Part shown: positions 1 through 6,811 of the stretch, piece by piece | How the letters are laid out: each line of letters starts with the position of its first letter | Position numbering within the stretch: the first letter of the stretch is position 1 | Source of the DNA: Crocosphaera subtropica ATCC 51142 | GTDB taxonomy: Bacteria; Cyanobacteriota; Cyanobacteriia; Cyanobacteriales; Microcystaceae | Reading direction: 5' to 3' | Length of the DNA stretch: 32,000 nucleotides | Assembly: GCF_000017845.1 (NCBI RefSeq) | Contig: NC_010546.1 | Span: forward strand, 4,890,001 to 4,922,000 | The notes under the pieces: generated by a model | What the model was told of the DNA's origin: nothing | Seen by the model: the letters and a program-made list of their open reading frames with translations, nothing else | Database searches by the model: none | Position numbers and translations under genes: made by a program

Positions 1-448
1 TACATTGATCTTCGTAAATATGAGCATTGATTAAAATATCGGGGTTTTTAACATCAATATTAGATCGTCTATTGTAACGCTCTCTTTGTTGGTCAACAAT
101 GGCATTTTTTATCTGTAATGCTGTAAAATGACTGTGATTGAGTTCTTGATTTTTTCCTGTACAGTTAACGGCAAAGGTTTGATCAATTTGTATATAGTCA
201 GACCAATCTATTTTTCTGGCGTTATTGTATAAGTCTTCTGCATTTTTACTATTAATGGTGTGAATCGGTACTAAAATCCGAAAGATAATTCTTGACCAGA
301 TATTAACTTTATATAGTAAGGCTTTATCTCCTTCAAAATAAACCCCAGTAAAGTCAGGATTAACATTTTTGGCTCCTAATTTTTCTAATTCTTTAGCAGC
401 AATTTCTTCTAACCCTCTGGCTACGGTCGCAAAATATTGATTAGTCAT
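1..448 (-). CDS. THUMP-domain class I SAM-dependent RNA methyltransferase (RlmL/YpsC-like). Only the N-terminal part is present; the gene runs off the window start.
   Basis: Not in the ORF track because it is truncated by the window edge. My minus-strand translation from the ATG (complement of 446-448) stays open to position 1. It reads MTNQYFATVARGLEEIAAKELEKLGAKNVNPDFTGVYFEGDKALLYKVNIWSRIIFRILVPIH...NCTGKNQELNHSHFTALQIKNAIVDQQRERY. I recognise this N-terminal pattern from THUMP-type putative RNA methylases. Confidence 0.55.
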   Translation of the reverse strand, partial: MTNQYFATVARGLEEIAAKELEKLGAKNVNPDFTGVYFEGDKALLYKVNIWSRIIFRILVPIHTINSKNAEDLYNNARKIDWSDYIQIDQTFAVNCTGKNQELNHSHFTALQIKNAIVDQQRERYNRRSNIDVKNPDILINAHIYEDQC

Positions 449-466
449 TATTTTCTTTTCTATTTA

Positions 467-546
467 TACTTGTGAGGCACGGTGTTTTTAGTTTTTGAGC
501 ATAGGAACTAGGAAATAGGAAAAAATTAAAGTGTACCTCATGAGTC
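467..546 (+). repeat. MITE-like inverted-repeat element, copy 1
   Basis: The termini TACTTGTGAGGCAC and GTGTACCTCATGAGTC are imperfect inverted repeats of each other. They flank a simple-sequence core (TAGGAACTAGGAAATAGGA). The same termini recur in opposite orientation at 15545-15628. Confidence 0.6.
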
Positions 547-578
547 TGAGAAAGGCGATGAATTTTTAAAATCGTCTT

Positions 579-1562
579 TTAACCTAATCCCAATTCCCGT
601 TTCAAGAGATTAATGGACTTTTCTCCGATGTAATATTCAGAACAAATGACATCTGGGGGACGAATTAAATCATCTCTTACGGTTAAGATGGCTTCTTTAA
701 CCAAAGAATAGCTGGCAGGATCACTGATAATAGTTTGTGCTGATCGCACTAAGGTTAACAATTGACGGCGATCGCTCACCTGTGCCGTAATTAATAATAA
801 ATCATCTCCCCGTAAACTATGAATCAGAATTTCGGCAACTCGAATAATTCCTGGACTTAAACTAACAATTCCTAAACGGGTGTCCCTTGGTAATTCTTTA
901 ATAATAGCCAGTTCTTTCCCATAATCGTAAATATCGATGGGAAAAACACGAGTCGCATGGGGAGATCCAATAGATTCTGCTTCAGGAATAAAATATCGGC
1001 TAGTGACCACAGTCGCTGATTTGGTTTGAGATAAGACTTTATCCAAGTCTTCTATGGGGACTAACTCAACAGGAATAGCTAGAGCTTTTTCTAACTCTTG
1101 TAAAATCAGTTCTCCGGCCCCCATATCCCGACGAGGGACAGTGACTAATACCTGTGCGCTACATCGTAACCGCCAATCAATGATCGCTAAAAATAATTCT
1201 TTGGCTTGGGAGAGGGTTAACCCTTGTTTGAGAAGTTCATCTAAGCTTTTATGAACCAGTTGACTTTCTTGGGGATATTGGGTGAATAAGGGAGACTCAG
1301 GAAGGGAAATTTCTTCGTTATTTTGAGCCTTAACATATATTCCTGAACCCGCAATGGATTCTACTAAGCTGGCTTCTTCGAGTTGTTGATAAACTTTACT
1401 GATGGTGTTGCGATGTAGTCCTGTCATGGTCGCCAGTTGACGGGTACTGGGTAAGCGATGACCTGGAGGATATTGACTAGAAGCGATGGCAAACCGAATC
1501 TGATCAAACAGTTGTTTAGAGGCGGGAATATCACTATCGGATTGTATTTTGAACTGAAGCAT
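579..1562 (-). CDS. plmA: GntR-family transcriptional regulator, cyanobacterial PlmA-like subfamily
   Basis: N-terminal GntR winged helix-turn-helix (RLPSTRQLATMTGLHRNTISKVYQQLEEASLVESIAGSGIYVK). The protein is about 327 aa, and its C-terminal domain is unlike the FadR/HutC types. The track ORF starts at TTG 1580; I prefer the ATG at 1562 (MLQFKIQSD...). Confidence 0.6.
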   Translation of the reverse strand: MLQFKIQSDSDIPASKQLFDQIRFAIASSQYPPGHRLPSTRQLATMTGLHRNTISKVYQQLEEASLVESIAGSGIYVKAQNNEEISLPESPLFTQYPQESQLVHKSLDELLKQGLTLSQAKELFLAIIDWRLRCSAQVLVTVPRRDMGAGELILQELEKALAIPVELVPIEDLDKVLSQTKSATVVTSRYFIPEAESIGSPHATRVFPIDIYDYGKELAIIKELPRDTRLGIVSLSPGIIRVAEILIHSLRGDDLLLITAQVSDRRQLLTLVRSAQTIISDPASYSLVKEAILTVRDDLIRPPDVICSEYYIGEKSINLLKRELGLG

Positions 1563-1723
1563 AGCTACCACGCCGAACAAACCATATCAGATTTATCGAC
1601 ATTATTTTACCGTGAATCGTTCCTGATCTAACTAATTTCAAGAAAAAGTAGGTTATGGTAAAGTTGGGGTGTTGCTGAGTCACCGAGTCAAAAGATTAAA
1701 TATTAAACTAAATTATTCGAGTA

Positions 1724-3433
1724 ATGGAACCTCTTGATTCTAGTTCTTTAGGAATCGCTTTACAAAAGATTATTGATCAATTGGGACAGCTTTTAAAAGT
1801 TGATTGCTGTATTTTGCGTCCATTTCATGCCCATTGTTTAATTAAAAATAGTATTTTCTATTATCCAAATAAAAATCAAGAAGAGTTATCACTCTTAGAA
1901 AAAACAATTATTCCAATTGAATATATAGAAGTTATTACATCTACAGATAATTTCCTGACTCTTGCTCAACCGAAAACTTTAGAAGAAACTCAAAGGAAAA
2001 ATGCTTATAAATTAACAAAAATAGGAGCTTCTTTATTAATTCCACTAACCCTAGAGCAGAAATTTATTGCTGTGCTAGGATTACATCGTTATTGTTCTTT
2101 TTACCATTGGCAAGACCAAGAAATTGCCATTACAAAGATGGTAGTAGAACAAATTACCCTAGCTATTTCTCAAGCTCAAGCCTATCAAAAATTAAGAGCT
2201 TTAGCTCAGCGAGAAGCATTAATTAATCGTATTACTAATGCTATTCGTTGTAGTCTAGAACCCCAACTGATTTTTACGGCCATTACTCAAGAATTAGGGA
2301 ATGGATTAAAAGTAGATGGTTGCGCTCTTTCTTTGTGGACGAAAGCAGATAAATTTGTTCAATGTGTCGGCCTCTATGACCATTATCAAGGCAGCATTAA
2401 CCCCCTTCCTCAATCCGTAGTTCCAATTGCGTCTAATCCTGTTTTACAACAACTAATCAACACCAAAAAACCGGTTGTTTTAGAAGATATGGATCGTCAT
2501 CCTGAGATGACACAATTTGATTTACCGTTACGAGAATCGGCACAAGCTCTCTTAATTGTGCCATTATTGGTGGACAGTGAGATTATTGGTAGTATTTCTC
2601 TGCGACAAACGGATCATTCTCGTCGCTGGTTATCAACAGAAATTGAATTAGCTAAAACCGTAGCCTCTCAAGCAGCGATCGCTGTTCAACAGGCCAGACT
2701 GTATGAGAAAACCAAACAACAGGCCGAACAATTACAAAAAAGCGAACAGGAAGTTAAACAACTCAATCAATATCTCACAGAATCGGTCCTAAAACGCTTT
2801 CTACCTGCATCGATGGTTAATAAGGTAGCCAAGGGGGAATTAAGCCTGGATTTGACCCCAGAACCCCGTCTAGTGACCATTTTATTTACCGATTTAGTGG
2901 GTTATACCCCTTTGGCGAGTCATTTAGGAACCCAAGGGGTGGCTACTTTGCTTAATGAGTATCTAGAAGCCATGACTGCTGTGGTCTTTCATTATGGGGG
3001 AACGGTGGATAAGTTTATTGGGGATGCAGTCGTGGCCTTATTTGGTGCGCCAGAAGATTTGACCCCGAAAAAACAAGTTTATCAGGCGATCGCTGTGGCC
3101 AGAGAAATGCACAATCAACTAGATAGGTTAAATGAAAGATGGCAATCTCAGGAGTTAATTCAGCAACCAGTTCGCTTTCGCTGCGGGATTCATCAGGGAA
3201 TGGCGGTGGTGGGGATGTTTGGAGGAGGTCAACGGTCTGATTATACGGCGATCGGTTCGGCGGTTAATATTGCAGCCCGTCTTCAAGAAGTGGCCGACAG
3301 TGGTATGATTTTGGTTTCTGCTACAGTGGCACAATTTTTAACTGCTTCAGAAGTTACCGCACTTCGACCTTTAGAATTAAAGGGGGTTGAAGAAGACATT
3401 AAAATGTTTTGTGTGAAGATAAGTGCGGTGTAG
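1724..3433 (+). CDS. GAF-GAF sensor adenylate/guanylate cyclase (class III cyclase homology domain)
   Basis: Two GAF-like regions and a coiled linker precede class III cyclase motifs: VTILFTDLVGYTPL, KFIGDAVVALFGAP, RCGIHQGMAVVGMFG and DYTAIGSAVNIAARLQ. Confidence 0.8.
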   Translation: MEPLDSSSLGIALQKIIDQLGQLLKVDCCILRPFHAHCLIKNSIFYYPNKNQEELSLLEKTIIPIEYIEVITSTDNFLTLAQPKTLEETQRKNAYKLTKIGASLLIPLTLEQKFIAVLGLHRYCSFYHWQDQEIAITKMVVEQITLAISQAQAYQKLRALAQREALINRITNAIRCSLEPQLIFTAITQELGNGLKVDGCALSLWTKADKFVQCVGLYDHYQGSINPLPQSVVPIASNPVLQQLINTKKPVVLEDMDRHPEMTQFDLPLRESAQALLIVPLLVDSEIIGSISLRQTDHSRRWLSTEIELAKTVASQAAIAVQQARLYEKTKQQAEQLQKSEQEVKQLNQYLTESVLKRFLPASMVNKVAKGELSLDLTPEPRLVTILFTDLVGYTPLASHLGTQGVATLLNEYLEAMTAVVFHYGGTVDKFIGDAVVALFGAPEDLTPKKQVYQAIAVAREMHNQLDRLNERWQSQELIQQPVRFRCGIHQGMAVVGMFGGGQRSDYTAIGSAVNIAARLQEVADSGMILVSATVAQFLTASEVTALRPLELKGVEEDIKMFCVKISAV

Positions 3434-3747
3434 GGCAATACTACTCGACTAAGCGCAAAACGTTAGTTGAGACTGCAAAACTGAGTTCGGGGTTGAGTCT
3501 TTTTTTACAAGATAATCGGTGTTTGAAACTACTGCTTCCTCTGCCTCCTCAAGATGATTGTCTACTGTCTAAAGCGGATCTAGTATGAATCAGGGTTTGA
3601 GTTGTCTTAACTTTTTTTAACGGAGAAAGGTTGTTTATCTCTCATGTATAGTACATATAATCTAGTATTTCGCCGTTTAAGGTAATGAATTACAAAGAAA
3701 TGTAAAAGACGTTAAGATTAGAGTATAGATAACAAGCAAATTTTAAG

Positions 3748-4083
3748 ATGATGTCTCATAGTAACCCCACTGAGCAAGAACTGCTCAAAACCATTCTCGA
3801 ACCTTTATTAGAGGATTTCCAATACTGGTTTTCTCGCGCTCGTCATTTATTAGAAAGCGAACGAATTACCTTTTTATCCGTTGAAGAACAAACGGATCTT
3901 TTAGATCGGGTAAAAAAGAATCAACAGGAAGTGCAGACGGCTAAAATCTTATTTGAAGCGACCGGAAAACAAGCGGGGATCGATACTAGAGCATTAGTGC
4001 CTTGGCATAAGTTAGTGGCAGAATGTTGGCAAGTGTCGATGAAATGGCGATCGCATAAACAAGAAAATCCCCCCACCGCTTAA
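3748..4083 (+). CDS. Conserved cyanobacterial hypothetical protein (tentatively DUF2605-like)
   Basis: Clean 111-aa ORF with host-like composition, one HIP1 site inside it and a strong terminator hairpin directly after the stop. The sequence LLEDFQYWFSRARHLLE...WHKLVAECWQVS resembles a small conserved cyanobacterial family from memory. The DUF number is unverified. Confidence 0.5.
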   Translation: MMSHSNPTEQELLKTILEPLLEDFQYWFSRARHLLESERITFLSVEEQTDLLDRVKKNQQEVQTAKILFEATGKQAGIDTRALVPWHKLVAECWQVSMKWRSHKQENPPTA

Positions 4084-4084
4084 T

Positions 4085-4123
4085 AAAATAGGGGTTGTTA
4101 ATTGATGCAACAATCCCTATTTT
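4085..4123 (+). terminator. Rho-independent terminator-like hairpin downstream of 3748..4083
   Basis: AAAATAGGGGTTGTT (4085-4099), a 9-nt loop, then AACAATCCCTATTTT (4109-4123). This gives a stem of about 13-15 bp with one G-U pair and a U-rich 3' end, starting 2 nt after the stop codon. Confidence 0.55.
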
Positions 4124-4238
4124 CCCTATACACTTCTTGGTAAGCTAGGGAAGGACAATCTTAAAAAAACCTTACGCTGGTTGAGAAAATTTTTGCTATA
4201 ACACCTAGAAAAATCGGTGTTTTATCGGAGGACTTCAA

Positions 4239-4556
4239 ATGTTACATTTAATTTACATCGTTGCTTTTACCATTATTGCCTTTCTTGCCGTGAGTAATCT
4301 TATTCGCAGTTTAATTACAGTCAGTATGGACTCTCAACGTCGTTATCCTAATCGGAACCAGACATCTTCTCCCAAACCTCAAAAACGACAAAATCGCCAA
4401 AAAGCAATTCATCCTGAATTACTTGATGAACGAGGCAAACCCATTAACGAACCCTTATTAGTGATGCGATCGGTGAGTGTCGAAGATGCTAGACAACAAC
4501 TAGATGCTATTTACAATGCTTCTCCTAATCCTAACAACGAAACCGAAGACGAATAG
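4239..4556 (+). CDS. Small membrane protein with one N-terminal TM helix and a hydrophilic tail (tentatively DUF2973-like)
   Basis: MLHLIYIVAFTIIAFLAVSNLIRSLI forms a TM helix, followed by a basic, Q/N/P-rich tail. The family assignment is from memory only. Confidence 0.45.
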   Translation: MLHLIYIVAFTIIAFLAVSNLIRSLITVSMDSQRRYPNRNQTSSPKPQKRQNRQKAIHPELLDERGKPINEPLLVMRSVSVEDARQQLDAIYNASPNPNNETEDE

Positions 4557-4598
4557 AGAAAATTGTTACAGGAAATTTTATTATTTTAAGGGTGAAAT

Positions 4599-4650
4599 AA
4601 TCTCCTAAGATTACTGAGAAGTAGATTGATTAGGAGATTCTTTATAACTG
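4599..4650 (+). repeat. Hairpin repeat family A, copy 1 (AATCTCCTAA-N21-TTAGGAGATTCTTTATAACTG)
   Basis: The 10-bp arms at 4599-4608 and 4630-4639 are perfectly complementary. The same arms, the same 21-nt spacing, a similar loop and the same 3' tail occur at 9732-9784. Confidence 0.65.
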
Positions 4651-4753
4651 ATACCAAATCCGCTTTTAAAAGTAGACTAACGTGAATTCGGAATAAGCTC
4701 AAAGCCTAATAAAATCGTTGCTTAAAACACCCATTATTTTGTTAAATATGATC

Positions 4754-4835
4754 TAACTCCGACCTCTGAACCCCTAACCCCGAACTCAGGTTAGACTAAA
4801 CAAACACCTTTGTTGCCTCTTACCTTTTGCCAAGG
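4754..4835 (-). repeat. Composite dispersed intergenic repeat: the GAGTTCGGGGTT... module plus the GGCAAAAGG... module, both in reverse orientation
   Basis: The reverse complement of 4754-4790 is CCTGAGTTCGGGGTTAGGGGTTCAGAGGTCGGAGTTA, nearly identical to 24164-24198, and its core also occurs at 3481-3499. The reverse complement of 4810-4835 is CCTTGGCAAAAGGTAAGAGGCAACAA, which resembles 17842-17864 (GGCAAAAGGCAACAGGCAAACGG). Confidence 0.55.
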
Positions 4836-4868
4836 GGAGATAAAGCAAAAAGAATATTAATTAAGTCT

Positions 4869-6443
4869 CTAGTAACTTTTGAGAATTGGTATAATTTTAG
4901 GCTCTAGTTGGTAATGATGCCATTGGTGTTGATAGAGTTCAGCAATGTGATAATGAATCAGGTATGTAGGAGGCTTGCCCGATTTAATTTCAATCTTTAG
5001 AAAAGAATAAGGCCGTCGTTTATGAGAACCATGGCCGTTACGACCAATAAATTTTAATGAGCGAGCAACTTGATGTTGCAAACCTTGTTCGTCAGTTTCG
5101 TTGAGAATAGAACCTTCACTGCGTTGACGGCGAAGACTGTGGCCACTACCCCCACAAACGAGCCAATGAATAAAAGAATCAGCTTGTTGTGTATTTTCAG
5201 TATAAAGATGTTCTAAACAGTGAGCGTGACCCGATAAAACTAAATCGACAATGCCACTGCCTTGCGGAATGTTGCCTAGGGTTTGAGCAACCTCATTAAA
5301 AACATAACGCAGACGATGACGCACTGCCAGGGTTTGTCCTTGATTCCATTTGGTCTTTTCTGTCACATAGGGGGGATGATGCAAATAAATAATTCGTCCT
5401 CGAATTTCAGGATTTTGCCAAGACTTTATCAATTGATCTCTGAGCCAATGAAGTTGTTCAAAATCAATGGTAAATTGATGTTTATCGAGCCTTTTATCGA
5501 TATCTAGTTGTTCTTCTTCAATTTGATTGATTTGTCCCTGTTTATCATCTAAAAGTTCTGCTTCTTCTATTTTTTGGGGATTCAGGGATTGTATTTCTGT
5601 GAGAATTTTTTCTTTTCGTGTTTCTAATTCTTTACGTCGTTTCACCAGTGAATGGCGCATGAGTTCCCCAGTTTTCGTATCAGGCAAGGGAGAAGGCGCA
5701 TTGAAGGTATTAGAATCAAGGGCAAAAAAATCGATGCCACCGTAAGAAAAAGTATAATAACGATTTGGCAAACGAGTAAAGTGTCCGGGTTGATAGGATA
5801 AACAACGATTACCATCGCTGTTGACATCATAGTGTTTATCCAAATGTTTAGCTAACAAATGAGGGGATTTAATATCGGCTAAATAATCTAAAAAAGCTTT
5901 ACTGTAGGCTTGTCCTTTAAAAGAACCGTGCCAACCCACATCGAAATCAAATGTAATGGGCAATAAATGACGAACTCCCCAAGTAAGTTGAGAAAGGACT
6001 CCATAGAGTAAGGGAAGATCATAATAATCGTGGTTACCAGGAACAGGCAAGAAGGGCAATTTAAAAATTAACTCATCATAAGCAATTTTTTTAGGAGATT
6101 CACCGCCTACTAAATATTCTTTGTAAGGTTTAATAAAGTTTTTGTAGTAATATTCTTTTGAACCCACTTGATAAACCACATCGCCTGTATGAAGAATAAA
6201 ATTAGCTGATTGTTTAAGCATTAATTCAGCAATTTGTCTTTGAGGATGATGGTCATAATGCTGTCCACAACCGCTATCACCGATTACTAAAAATGAAAAG
6301 TCTGGATTATTGCTATTGCTATCTTTGATTAAAAGTTTGGTTTGGTCAATGGCACGTTCTTTAATCGCAGATTCTTGCCATCGGACTCTTTGTTTCATTT
6401 CGTTAATCTTAACTGAAATTGAGGGATCTTTAACGAATTGCAT
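4869..6443 (-). CDS. Calcineurin-like metallophosphoesterase with an internal coiled-coil-like insert
   Basis: Metallophosphatase motifs appear in order: GDSGCG, HTGDVVY, GNHDY, LHHPPY and SGHAHCLEH. A K/E/Q-rich insert of about 70 aa (RRKELETRKEKILTEIQSL...EEEQLDIDKRLDKH) separates the two halves of the fold. Confidence 0.75.
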   Translation of the reverse strand: MQFVKDPSISVKINEMKQRVRWQESAIKERAIDQTKLLIKDSNSNNPDFSFLVIGDSGCGQHYDHHPQRQIAELMLKQSANFILHTGDVVYQVGSKEYYYKNFIKPYKEYLVGGESPKKIAYDELIFKLPFLPVPGNHDYYDLPLLYGVLSQLTWGVRHLLPITFDFDVGWHGSFKGQAYSKAFLDYLADIKSPHLLAKHLDKHYDVNSDGNRCLSYQPGHFTRLPNRYYTFSYGGIDFFALDSNTFNAPSPLPDTKTGELMRHSLVKRRKELETRKEKILTEIQSLNPQKIEEAELLDDKQGQINQIEEEQLDIDKRLDKHQFTIDFEQLHWLRDQLIKSWQNPEIRGRIIYLHHPPYVTEKTKWNQGQTLAVRHRLRYVFNEVAQTLGNIPQGSGIVDLVLSGHAHCLEHLYTENTQQADSFIHWLVCGGSGHSLRRQRSEGSILNETDEQGLQHQVARSLKFIGRNGHGSHKRRPYSFLKIEIKSGKPPTYLIHYHIAELYQHQWHHYQLEPKIIPILKSY

Positions 6444-6811
6444 ATATAAAGCTTGCTAAAACAAGGTGTAGGATCTATGGTGGATGAGTGGTATCCCTTC
6501 TCATAGCAGTTTTTATTTCCATAGAATATAAACTTTTTCGCTTTGAGGTGGGAGTTAGATTTCTAGATTTTCCACTCAATTGAAAATCGTTGTCATACTC
6601 AATTAACTTATCAAACCCATCTTATCGTAACGACCTTAAGTTTAATGAATTAGCTTCTGGAGGCGTTCTATTGGGATCAATCTTTGATAGGCTACAGCAG
6701 TTTGCGACTTGATAAGGTATAAAAAGTTAAGAATAAAATAAGAACAAAAGATAAAAAATAGGTTAATATGTTGTGTCTAGCAAGCCTATTTGATAAAGTT
6801 AAGAATAGTTT

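Noticed and set aside
1054-1254. Antisense or internal short track ORFs: 1054..1254, 5283..5507, 5527..5745, 5642..5830, 9857..10063, 10734..10940, 11283..11486, 13737..13919, 13936..14166, 17147..17377, 20444..20632, 23428..23640, 24453..24737, 27513..27710, 27686..27892 and 30448..30708
   Set aside because: Each lies wholly or largely inside a longer ORF that has clear family motifs, either on the opposite strand or out of frame. None has recognisable motifs, and their compositions look like shadow frames.
1724-3433. Nucleotide cyclase as a CBASS or Pycsar-type defence cyclase
   Set aside because: The GAF-GAF plus class III CHD architecture is the standard cyanobacterial signalling cyclase layout. 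No effector gene (TIR, phospholipase, TM effector or nuclease) is adjacent, and the gene carries HIP1 sites like the host core.
3434-3747. tRNA or other structured RNA genes in the larger intergenic regions (3434-3747, 4557-4868, 6444-6811, 17763-17969, 18726-18952)
   Set aside because: I could not recognise a T-loop (GGTTCGAAT-like), a cloverleaf arrangement or any other known RNA signature. The G-rich 'GGTTCAAAG' at about 24178 belongs to a dispersed repeat, not a tRNA.
4869-6443. Metallophosphoesterase with a coiled coil as an SbcCD/Mre11-Rad50-like or defence nuclease
   Set aside because: No ATPase (SbcC/Rad50-like) partner is adjacent. The coiled-coil-like insert is only about 70 aa. 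The neighbour is PhoX, which points to phosphate metabolism instead.
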